From Neocallimastix sp. 'constans' (taxonomy: Eukaryota), in NCBI GenBank assembly GCA_050613775.1, contig JBODTK010000137.1, positions 124,001 through 188,000 on the forward strand: a DNA stretch of 64,000 bases. Reading direction: 5' to 3'. This document shows positions 41,127 to 53,600 of the stretch, piece by piece. How positions within the stretch are numbered: the first letter of the stretch is position 1; each line of letters starts with the position of its first letter. The translations under genes were made by a program, and so were the position numbers. A model generated the notes under the pieces. It worked only from the letters and a program-made list of their open reading frames with translations, had not been told where the DNA came from and did no database searches.

Positions 41127-43062
41127 TTTTACTTTTTTTTTTAATAATTTATTTTTTTATATTTTTAATTCTATTTATTATTATTTTTTTTATTTAATAA
41201 TCAATATTAAATAAACCTAATTAATAAAAATACTTTTTAATATTTTTTTTATTATTTATTATTTTTTTTTCTATTTTTTTTTTTTTTTTATTCTATTTTA
41301 AATAAATATATTTATTTATTTATTTAAATATGAACTTAAAAAGATATAAGGAAATATTTTTATTTATATACATTTTTTTTTTATAATTTTTGCCATAAAA
41401 ATTTCTACTTATTTTTTATTTGTTATTCTCCGTTTTAAATTAAAAATTATTCATTAAAAATCAGAATAAAAATAATAAAAATATATATTATTTTAATTTA
41501 TATTTAATATGTAAATTTATGTTACTACATTATAAAAAGAATAAGGTTTTATATAAACTTTATTAAAAAAAGTATTATTTAAAAATCATCCTTTTTTTAA
41601 AATATGATAAATAAATAACTTTTAATTTAAATATATATTATAATTTAATATAAATAAATTAAAATTACAAATAAATATCATTTTTATAATAATTTAACTT
41701 TTTAATTTATCCCAGAGAAGTATACAATACTCCTACTATTTTTATTTTTTAAAAAAATAATTTTTTTTGTTATTGTTTTAAATTAATAATCATAAAATAT
41801 ATAAGAAGTTAAATAATAATAATAATAAAACGGTCAATAAAGAATAAGCATGAATTAAATATATACAAGTATTTTTAATTATTAAATAAAACTAAGAGAA
41901 TAAAAAAATTATATAATAATTTGTGCATTAATTAATTAAAATATATACATAATATAATATTGTATTAAATGTAATATAAGATTATAATTTAAATTATTAT
42001 ACAAAAAAAGAAGAAAATAATAAAAATTTTCGTATAGTATTATCATTTTGTTATTAAAAGTAGAATTATATATATATATTTTTATATAAATTTTGATATA
42101 ATAATGAAGTTTATTGCATTAATTAATATTCAAGATAGACTTATTAACTATGTTATTTAATAATTTGTTTTTATATAATATAAATAGATTAAAAGATTTA
42201 TCTTCCTTTTTTAATTTATAGAACCTTATTATATGAAATTTTCACTTTTTTAATAACTAATATCATAAAACGAAATTTCATAGTAATTAAATTTATATAG
42301 TTCGAAGTTTTAAAATGTTGATTTTTTCTATTTATATATAAATAATTTTTTAAATTAAAAAATATAAATAATCCGAATGTCTAAAAATTTCTTTTAACTA
42401 AAGATACCATCATTAATTAATAGAAATTTTTTCCTTATTTTAAGATATGAATATACGAAATTAACGATATTACAATAAAAAAAAAATTTTTTTTTATTTC
42501 ACTAATTTTTTTCTTTTAAAAAATATAAAAAATATGAAAAAGTGTTATTATTACATTAATATTTCCATACTTTGAGACACCGGAAGTAAAAAAAAAAAAA
42601 AATTTGAATGTAACTTGTAACTTCAAAATTTTTCATCAATAACCAATAATAAATAAATAAATTAAAATGTTTCGCTATAAAATTTTAATTTATAATAATA
42701 TAATTTAAAACTTTATATATTATAAAAGACAAACTATTCTCCTTTTTTTTTAATAAAATCAATGTAATATAACCATTTATTATAATATTATTATATTATT
42801 ATATTAAATTTAAGTATATTAATTTTAATTTATTAATTATAAAATTATGATTAATATGGAAAATTATTCTAAATTAAAGATTTTTAATTTTCAGTTTTAA
42901 TAAAAATTAATAACCTAACCTTAATATAATTAAAAAAACTTTTAACTTGAAATAATATATATTATTTTTAAAATGAAATAACTAAAAAAAAATATAAATT
43001 ATAATATGATTTATTTATATAAATATAAAATGTTTATTTTTAATACACCTATTTACTAAATA

Positions 43063-43198
43063 AAAAATAGAATTATATTAGAACCATTGATATTTTAAAA
43101 ATAGAATTATATTAGAATCATTGATATTTTAAAAATAGAATTATATTAGAATCATTGATATTTTAAAAATAGAATTATATTAGAATCATTGATATTTT
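43063..43198. repeat. 34-bp tandem repeat, four copies
   Basis: AAAAATAGAATTATATTAGAA(C/T)CATTGATATTTT with GAA(C/T)C at 43081, 43115, 43149 and 43183. Confidence 0.95.
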
Positions 43199-44227
43199 TT
43201 AATTTGTTACATAAAATTTTGGTACAAATGCCGGAAAATATATTCATAACAGATTTGAAAGAAAAACTATATATCCTAACTAAATGGAATAATATATAGT
43301 AAATTGAAATTCTATCAATATATATTATTTTATATTTAATTCATAATTTTCTATAATCTTCTTAATTACTCTCTAAAGTTTGATATAAAAATATTAATAT
43401 TCATAATAAATTATTAGTGGTTAAATTATATATTTCTAACCAAGAAATAACTGAAGTTGCAACAATAGTTTCTTAAGGATATTAATTATCTAATATAGTT
43501 TCTTTAATTTCTTCACTAATAATTTTTATTTTACTATTATTGAAGATTTTCATAATATTAGTACTCCTATCTGAAACATATTAATAATCGTATATTTTAT
43601 ATCAACGTAGATCACAAAGATATTATATTATAATGTCACAAATATTATGATATAGAAAACCTTAATATATATATTTTTACATTAAATTACATAAATTTAT
43701 TTTTAAAAAATGAGTCATTTGATTTGATCTAAATTTTTAATATATGATATAATTAAATATTTAATAAAATTTTTAATTTTTATTATTAAATACTAATTAA
43801 ATATTTGAAAAGACTAAATAAAAGAATTTATAAAAATATAACTAAAGGAAATATATAATTATAATTTAATTATTATGAAAAGATAGTAAGTAGAAAATAA
43901 AACTAAATGATATTTAAGTAATATGCAATTAATTATTTCATGAAAAAAAATATATATATATATATAAATATTTAAATTTATTATTTATATTTAATCTGGC
44001 ATTTTGTATTATGTTATATTATTAAATGCCACGAAATAATTATATTTTATATGGATATTAGCAAAACAAAACAAAATAAGACGTTTTAATACTTCAAAAA
44101 AAAAAAAAAAATAAAATAAAATAAATAAATAAATAAATAAATTCGGTAATTTTTTTTTTTTTTTTTTTTACTTTAATATGTTATAGAGCTAAAATAATTT
44201 ACATTTTATTTTTCTATTTAAATACTT

Positions 44228-44399
44228 TAGAGCTCCAATGATAAACACAAATTAGGGCCGTCCAGCAGAAACAACACCTTGCCGGAAATAGTGTAACATC
44301 TTCGTTCGCATCGATCTTGATCTTTACTGGTTCGGCATGTCGTACAGATATCGGTAAAGATCAACACGCGATCCTTTCATTAGAAGAAGAAAAAAAAAA
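44228..44399 (+). ncRNA. Candidate structured non-coding RNA or SINE-like element of unrecognised family
   Basis: A 124-bp core (44255-44378) is about 48% GC by my count, in nearly pure AT DNA. It has a 14-bp stem (44317-44330 with 44351-44364) with two G.U pairs favouring the + strand, further stems and a downstream A-rich tail. Confidence 0.45.
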
Positions 44400-44461
44400 T
44401 ATTTAAATGCTTATTAATAATTTTATTAAATTTGAATAACAATTTTATATTATAATTATTG

Positions 44462-44543
<82 letters not shown>

Positions 44544-45144
44544 TTATTTATTATTTATTTATTAATTATTTATTATTTATTTATTAATTATTTATTTATT
44601 TATTTATATATTTTTTTATTGAATTTAATTAAAATTTAAAATTCTTTTATATTACGAATAATTATGCTCATTTTTATGATATAATAAAATATATAAATAA
44701 ATTCATGTCTTTATAATAACTGCGTTATTAATTATTATAAATTATTATTTTTTCTTTTTCTCTTTCAACTTCAATCAAAAAAAAATAAACCTAATAAAAA
44801 AAATTTAATTTTATTTTTTATATTTTACGCCTTTTCTTTTTTTATAATTTAATAGTTATTATTATAAGTTGTAGAAATTTTTATAATAATTAAATTTTTA
44901 ATAGATTTTTTATTACTGAATTATTATGAACAACAAAAAATTATATAATTGAATTAATATTTATTTATAAAAGTTTAATTTAATTATTATTAATGATATA
45001 TATGATATATTATTTGTTTATTATTTAAATTATTATATTTCAAAATTTATTCTATAAATTATGCTTTATAATTAAAAATCATAATTTTTAGAATAAACCT
45101 AATTATTAATGTTATTTTCTTTTTTTTATAATTATTTATATTAT

Positions 45145-47980
45145 TTAGTATAGAGGTGTATCAAAAGTTTCTTCATTATTAGAATTTAGAGATTCAAATG
45201 AAGATGTAAATAGTTTTTCTGCTATTTTATTTTTCTTTTTCGCATTACGAACCAATATACCAATACTCAATGCAAAAGTATGGTTTGTTAATGAAAATAT
45301 TGTAATAACAGATATATGAATTAGTTTATAAACAATATAATCATTTATTGATATAAAACTTAAAATAATAAGGATACCAATTAAAAATGCATTCATCCAT
45401 AAAAGTACTGCCAACTTTCTTACATATATGTATATTGCTTTGTATCTCCATTCAAAAAAAATTAATAAAAAAATAACTATGAAAAAAATAATTTTAAATA
45501 TTATTTGTGTAATAACGATAACCAATCCAATTTTATTACCAAATGTACATTTTTTAAAATTTTTATTATCAGTATTATTAACAATCATTTTTTTAGTATA
45601 AAATGGGGAAATGAGAAATAATAATAAATTAATAAAGCATTCTATAAAAATTAAACAGAGAATCAATAAAAATTTTTTTTTTCTAACAAATTCTGAATAT
45701 GAATTTTTTATTGGAAAATTAATAATTAATTTATATAATATTGGTATATATATTATAGTACCTCCAAGGGTTAATGTGATATGACTAATTTGGCATTTTG
45801 CATTTGACATTTTTCCGTATTTAACAAATTCTGATATGATGATTAATAATGATCCAGCAACATATAATAACCATAAATCAGAACTAAAAAATTTAAAATA
45901 ATCGTGAAATATTGAGGTAAAGAATAAAAAACTTGTTGATAATATTATAAAAATTGTGATTACTAATACTATAAACATGATTAATTCAATTGTTGACGTT
46001 TTAATCGAAAAATAATATATTCTTGTTATATCATTAATTTCATTTAAAATTTTTTCTGCAGATTCATTTTCATATAAAAATTTTGAAAATAATTCAGTAA
46101 CTTTATGTTCATAAGATTCATAATTATTATAATAACAACTTGGTCTATGAAAACTTTGTATATTTTTTACTAATTCACAATTTGAAATAGAGCATATTTC
46201 TTCATTTTCATATAAACTATTTAAAGCTGAAATTAATCCATATTTTTTAATTATAATATTTTTTTGAGTATTTTTTGATGTAAAATATTTTAAAACTTCA
46301 ACAGCAGCTTTTTTACTATTATCATCAACATATTTACTAATGCCAATATTAAATCCTCCAATGCACGCACTATTAATTCCTTCTTTTCTACCTGGAGATG
46401 GTGATAATTTATATATCTCAAGTCCTTCTACATCCCAAAAATTTGAAAAAAGGAAATTTCCATTTCCAATATTTATAAAATTATATATTTCATCAGAACC
46501 AAATACTTCATCTAAAAAAATATAAAAAACATAATATAATATAATATAATATAATATAATATAATATAATATAATATAATATATATTAATAATTATTTAA
46601 ATATATTAATTAAAAATAAAAAAAAAAATAATTTATATTTCTAAAATTTCCAAAATATTAATTATTAATTAAATAAAAAATATATATTAATGAATTACCA
46701 GATGAAATATTATCTTTAACTCTTTTTATCATGTTGAAAGCTTCAATTGCTTCATTACTATTAAATTCAGGCATATTTGATTCTTTTGATTCTCTAAATG
46801 AGAAAATAAGATTATAGATTGAATTTATACAATTTCCGTTCTCTAGAAGAAGAAGAAAAAAAAAAAAAAAACATACGTATAAATAAATTATTATTTACTA
46901 TGGAATGATAAATAATTACTGTAATTTTTATCATATATATAAATATATATATTTATTTAATTTCTATTTACATGTTATATATTTCATTTTTAATTTTATT
47001 ATTAAATGAAGGTATTTTATTATTATTATAATTATTATATTTTTTATTATATTATTATAAATACTATCTTTAAAATTATTAATTTTATAATTATTATTAT
47101 TATTATAATTATTATATTATTACAACTGTCTTAATAATTATTAATTTTTTTAATTATTATTATTATTATTGTTATTGTTATTATTTACTTGGAAAAAAAC
47201 CATTATAACCAATAATATCTGTATTATTATTTTTTCGCTCTTGATTTAATATATATTTTCCAGTTTTAATTAATTCATTCCAAGTTGAAGGTATTTTCAT
47301 ATTATATTTATTTAAATAATTCATGTTTGAATATAGCACAAGATATTTTAAAAATATTGGCTACATATTAATATATTCATATTTTAATAAATTATTTTAA
47401 TATTTTTTTTTTTCTTTTTATTTTTTTTTATATCTTATTTTTATTTTATTTTACCATTCCAACCCATTTATTATTATAAGTGCATATTTTTGATCCTTCC
47501 CCAGATAAATATAAATTTAAATGTTCCTCTGGCATCCATTTTTTTAAATCTATAAAGTGATATGAATATCTTTTAGTGTGACATATATCATATGTATACA
47601 TATCATATTTAATAGACTTTCTATTAAGAAGCAAATCTATTGAGGATGCAAAATCATCTTGTCCCAACGTCATATTTTTTTCACTAAATAAATGCATTTC
47701 TGCAATAATATCTAAATGATTTTCTTTGGAATAATTATTAAAACTAACAATAAGGTCATGATATATATTGACATATTCAAAATAGGAAAAAATAGCTAAT
47801 TTTACTTTAATACCATTAATAATCTCTAAATTTGAAATATTTATATATATATATATATACAATTAAAAATTTATTGTAAATTTCTTTTTTTCTTTTTTTT
47901 CTTTTTTTCTTTAAAAAAATAAATAAAAAAAAAATAAAAAATAAAAACAAAATCAAAATCAAAATCAAAAACAAAAACAG

Positions 47981-48025
<45 letters not shown>

Positions 48026-48103
48026 TATAATATTACTTGTGAATATGATAAAACAACATATGAAAATAGAAATAATCCTTTTTTTCAATATACTATATTT
48101 CAT
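45145..48103 (-). CDS. Type II solute-binding-protein domain fused to a 7TM (class C GPCR-like) domain; 5 exons
   Basis: Signal exon 48103-~48037. SBP-like exons: SFNNYSKENHLDI..KYDMYTYD..HFIDL..KWVGM/P; IPSTWNELI; PEFNSNEAIEA; SPGRKEGINSACIGGFNIGI..AAVEVLKYFTS. The last exon is open from ~46511 into about seven hydrophobic helices (ORF 45145-45978). Confidence 0.85.
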
Positions 48104-48140
<37 letters not shown>

Positions 48141-49041
48141 TAATATAAATATTAATACTTAATTAAACAAGTTATATACTAATAATGCAGTATTTCTACT
48201 AATTACATGATTTTTAATATATATTGAAAAAGTAAATTAATAAGAAAATTATTGTATATTAATAATTATGAAAGATTCCCAAAATTATATTGATAATTAA
48301 ATTTTAAATTTTAAAATATTATAATTTTAAATCATAATAATTATAATAATTTATTTTTTATTTTTAAATTTCTTTTTTATATTTTTGTACTAAATATTAA
48401 ATCATATTTATTTTTTATAAAATTTAAACATATATTATTAAAGTTAATTATTTATAATTACATGTTTATTAGGAATCCAGTTTATTAGTTTGTTAATAAA
48501 AAGTTACATTAATTATTATTAAATATTTTTTAAATATAAAGTTTTATTTCCAATAATGTGGCGTTTCAAAATTTTAATAAATAAATTAACAAATAAATTG
48601 ATAAATAAACAATTTTAATAAATAATTTCAAATTAGAGTTAAAGATTTTTTTATTTTTATTATTATTCTTTTTATGTTTATTTTTAAAAAAAATAAAATA
48701 TTTTTGAAATATATAAAAAGGATTTAAAATAATATATATATATATATATTTAAAAATTAAAAAAGCTCTTATATTCTAAAAATATATAAAAAAAATATTT
48801 TTGAATATTTTTTAAAATATAAAAAAAAATATTCTTTATATATTTTTTAAAATATTAAGAATATATTCTCTATATATTTTTTTGGATTTGAATTCAGTTT
48901 CGGTAGTTTTTTATATAAAATGGCTGTCAAAATATTGCTGTTTTTGAATGCTGCTTTGGATGTTTTGCAGTATAAAATATTATTCAAATTGAATATGTTA
49001 TTTGATACTGGTTTTGGACTTTTTTTTTGGTATAAAATAGC

Positions 49042-49287
49042 GGGGATAGTGAATTTCGAGGGTGGTGCGTTTCGGAATGTGGCTTTGAAAATTTTACATA
49101 AATTTTCATTTCGGAATGTGGCTTATATTATTTTTTATAAATTTTATTTATAAATATAATATTTAAAACATTAAAATAAAATGGCACATATAATTTCTTT
49201 GGAAAAATAATTATTAAAAATATTTAAAATGTTATATATTTCAAAAAAATTTATGATTTACTTGCGGTTCCGAAATGCGCTATCCCC
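49042..49287. mobile_element. MITE-like 246-bp element with 17-bp imperfect terminal inverted repeats
   Basis: GGGGATAGTGAATTTCG (49042-49058) matches the reverse complement of 49271-49287, GGGGATAGCGCATTTCG, at 15/17. TTTCGGAATGTGGCTT occurs twice internally. No clear TSD. Confidence 0.55.
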
Positions 49288-49337
49288 ATTAAAAAAATAT
49301 TTTTTAAAGTATAAAAGAACATAGAAAATTAGTATTT

Positions 49338-50591
49338 TTAAATTTTAATAGGAAATTCATTTGATAACATTGAAGCAAATCGAGCACGAGCTTTAGATGA
49401 AGTATATAAATTACAAAGAAAATCAAAACATTTACCACGTACGCCATAATGATATAATTTAGTAAGAATGTTAAAAATAGGAACTGAATCATAAGCTTTT
49501 TTAAGATCTAAAAAGGCTAAATATGTGAATTTTCCTTGAAATTTTCTTCTTTGGCATATTTCTCTAACGGAAATGAATAAACTAATGCATTCTTCACGGT
49601 TGCGAAAGCCAAATTGTTCAGGTCTAATGAAATTGTGTGAGAGTGCGTAAGAAGATATTCTATCTGTTACAATTTTTGAAATGATTTTCAGTCCAACATT
49701 AATGAAAGAAATACCTCGATAATTACTACAATCTGATAGGTCACCTTTCTTAGGGATTGATACAATAGAAGCTGAGTTCCATTTTTTAGGAAAAGACCCA
49801 TTCCATATTTTATTAAAAATCAATTTAAGACACTTTCCAGCAGCAGGATGTGTTTCTAGTAATTCTTCATTGCAAAACAGAGCTTTGTAGAATTCAATCG
49901 GGATACCATCGGGGCCGGGTGCTTTGTTGTTTTTCATAGATGAAATTGTTTTTTTAATATCGTCAATCGTAATGGGATCGTTGATATTCCAGGTAGAGGA
50001 TCTAAGACTAATATTCCTTAAAGCATGGATCCAGAAGTTACGATTAAGGCTGTGACCTGAGGGATCAGAAGCTAGATCTTTATAATATTCAGCCCATCTA
50101 TCTAATTGTTTAGTAGGAGAGATAATATCTTGACCAAATTTAGATTTTATGCAAGTAGGGGAGGTAGATGAATACGATGGTTTAGCCATTTTTTTTAAAC
50201 ATCTCCATCCATTTTTGAAATCTTTATTCAAAAAATAATTACCAATTTTTACTATATTAGCTTTAAATCTAGCAGAACGAAATTTGCTCTTTGTTTTCTT
50301 GATTAATTTGCAAAGTTTTTCATATTTATTAAATTGTTCAAGGTAATTATCAACATTTTCACAGTTAAAGCAAGGCTTAATATTTCGAAATCCAATATGT
50401 TTTTCATGAGACAGTTTTTTAATGTAATAAGGACAGTGAAAAGCAGAGCCCTTTAAATTTGTTGGAATGAAAGCCTTAATATCCTTCCCGATATTATTTG
50501 CTGTATTGATAAATTTTTCTACCATTTCATCAGCCGTGAGCGAATTGTAATGAGAATCGAGGTCATTTGCTAAGATTGAAAAATAATTATG

Positions 50592-50595
<4 letters not shown>
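49338..50595 (-). mobile_element. LINE element A, downstream part (linker plus N-terminal RT; 3'-truncated before the QG motif)
   Basis: SHNYFSILANDL...MVEKF..., KAPGPDGIP, IPKKGDLSDCSNYRGIS, QFGFR and AFLDLKKAYDSV. It breaks off at NEFPIKI*. Confidence 0.93.
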
Positions 50596-50626
<31 letters not shown>

Positions 50627-53600
50627 CTTAGAGAAAACTTTATTTAATTTATAATAATAATAAAATTACATGAAATTAAATGAAAAAATAACAAATAAAA
50701 TACATGAAATAAAATATTATATATTATAAAATTATAAAAGTGCGTTAGAAGCAATAGCCTCTAACTTTTCCCATTCCTCGATAATAACACCACGTCCATT
50801 ATTGTGAGTAATAATTTCAGTATTAGTGTTATCAATCGAATCTGTATCTGGAGGTGAAAATTCATGCCTTATCATTTCGACGTCGACGCTCTTGGTAACG
50901 GTAGATTCAACGGAATACCATTTCATCATCAAACTAAAAGATCGACAAATTAATGGTATTACGTTTGTTAGAAACTCCGCAATCCCCACAAAATACGGAA
51001 CAGTTGACGAAGTTGAACTTTGTTTAAAAATATTGTCAACTAATTGTCTTTGTTCCCCATCATTAACTTTAATTTTTGAATATATTGAACGCCCACCAAG
51101 AAGTGCACTCAATATATAATAATAAATATTATTATCATAATCCTTTTCTGAATCAAAAGAAACATCCAAGGATTTTTGTTCAATTATCAATGCAAACTTC
51201 AAAAAGAGATCATCTAGAAAAGGTAAAGATTTATTTCTGTAACTTTCCAATTCTTTACAGGCAAAGATCCAGTGAGAAAAGCTAGGTACACTAACACCAC
51301 AACAAGGGCAACATTTAGGGCAATCTTCTGAGACGATTTTTCTTTTAATGGAAATACTAATGTCAAATTTAAAACCACACCTAATTCGAGAAATCCAAAA
51401 GAATCCTAATTGATACTTAGGATATTGAAATGTTAAGTTTCTGATTTCTGAAATAAATCCAAAATCATTCTCCTTGTAAATAATTGCTTTTTTAGCTTTT
51501 GAGGGTTTGAAGACATCTCTTTCCCAATAAAACTTTTTTATTTCACTTGTTTTCTTACCATTTAATTTCTTATCCAAAGTCCTTGATTCTTTAGTCCATG
51601 AATAATGTGACATAGTAGGAATATTATTAGTGAGATGATTAATAATACATGATGAGTTTTTCCATTTTCTAAAGCAACGTAATTGAGATATAGCACAGAC
51701 AGCTGAAAGAGGAGGTATTCTCAATTCACGAGTAATATTATAGAGACTAACAGAAGAATTGCGAGATTTAAATCCGTAACTCCAATAAAGTTCTCTATTA
51801 ATAATTTTTTGAGCTTTAGAACATCTGCTCTTATTTGAACCAAAGAGAGGAGCATAATATATAACAAGACTAAGAATAAACGAAATTAAAACATATTTCT
51901 TCAATGGGAGAGGAATAGATTTATTAACAAGAAATCGAAAGTACAAATTTAACTTGACATTTAAATTACTGTTTAATTTGGATTGTATAGGTTTCAGTGA
52001 TAAAGATTCATCAAAAGGAATACCAAGATAGGTATAGTTGTCAGTTTTAGGTAATTTTTTACTACCAATAAAGAAAGATGGATCTTCATAATTTATCGGT
52101 TTAACAAAGTTAATCGGTTTTACAACAAGAGTAGCACACTTATTAATTCCAAAAGTCATTTCATTTTTAATAGCCCATTCATGAACTTTATTCAAAATTT
52201 TCTTAAGAGCTTGTTTAGATGGAGCAACTAAAACAATATCATCCGCAAAAAGTCCACCACAACAATATTGAGAATCTAAATATACACCATACTTATCACA
52301 ATTATCCAGTATATCATTAATGAACAAATTGAATAAAATAGGAGATAGAGGGCATCCTTGTCTAACACCACGATTAATCGAAAATTCTTCTGAGAGATTA
52401 CCATTAAAAAAAGCACGAGCTTTAGAGGATAGATAAAGATTCTTTAAAAACAGATGACATTTATCTCTAATTCCTAAGTTATATAATTTGGTCAAAATAT
52501 TAAAGATAGGAACTGAATCATAGGCTTTTTTAAGATCGAGAAAAGCAAGATAAGTAAAATTTCCTTTAAATTTTCTTCTTTGACATATCTCTCTAATTGA
52601 AATATATAAACTTATGCATTCTTCTTTATTTCTAAATCCAAATTGTTCAGGTCTAACAAATTTATGTTCAAGGGCATATTTAGCAATTCTATTAGTAACA
52701 ATCTTTGAAATAATTTTTAAGCCAACATTAATAAGAGAAATACCACGATAATTATTACAATCCGAAAGATCTCCTTTTTTTGGAATTGATATTATAGAAG
52801 CCGAATTCCACTCTTCAGGGAAATCACCATCCCAGATTTTGTTAAATAATGAAAGTAAACATTTAGCACACTTAGAGTAGTGATCATCTGAAGAATCATC
52901 TTGATTATCGGATAAATCAGATTTACTAAAGAAGGCTTTAAAAAATTCAATCGGAATACCATCGGGTCCAGGAGCTTTATTATTTTTCATTTCAAGCACA
53001 GTGTTTTGAATTTCTTCCATAGTAATAGAATCATTAATATCCCAAGTAAGATTATTATTAGGATTAGTTCCAAATAAACTTACCCAGTATTCATTATCCA
53101 AACTGTGTTGAGTAACATCAGAAGCTAGTTCACTGTAATGTTCAGCAAATCGATTTAATTGATCCGAATGAGAAAATAAAAAGTTACCCTGCTTGTCCTT
53201 TAAAACACTTGACGAAATAGAATTAGAGTACATAGGGTGAGATAGCTTCTTTAATTTTAACCAAGCACTCCTAGCATTTTTATTACTAAAATCATTACAT
53301 GCAGATTCTATTGACTGATGAAATTGTTTTGATTTAATAGAAAACTTAATTGACCTGACTTTACCACATATATTTTTATACTCACGTAGCAAATTTAAAA
53401 ATTCATCAAGGTTTTCAAGGTTAGAACCTAAAGAAAAATTTTTGATTTCATTAAATGCAACATGCTTTTCATGAGAAAGTTTCTTGATATAATAAGGGCA
53501 GTGGAAAGCTGATCCTTTAAGATCACAAGGAACTCTAGCATGAACTTTATCACCAACTTTATTAGCTGTTTCTATAAATTTATTGACCATTTCATTAGAA

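Noticed and set aside
39308..41214. Short antisense or alternate-frame ORFs over GH3 (also over POL3, the LINEs and the last gene)
   Set aside because: Shadow ORFs caused by the codon bias of the real genes; no independent motifs.
43063..43198. CRISPR-like 34-bp repeats
   Set aside because: Head-to-tail tandem copies without spacers.
43200..43600. Possible DNA-transposase relic on the minus strand (YVSDRSTNIMKIF; RHLYQNF)
   Set aside because: Only short motif resemblances among many stops; too degraded to assign without a database search.
44252..44257. TTAGGG/CCCTAA as a telomerase RNA template or pistol-ribozyme loop
   Set aside because: Only one hexamer, not a 1.5-repeat template, and the enclosing pistol stem and complementary CCCUAA are absent.
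50665..50712. TCATGTA motif near LINE 3' ends and in leaders as an element-specific signal
   Set aside because: The same word also occurs in ordinary host intergenic DNA (e.g. ~8450, ~8526, ~61955), so specificity is unsupported.
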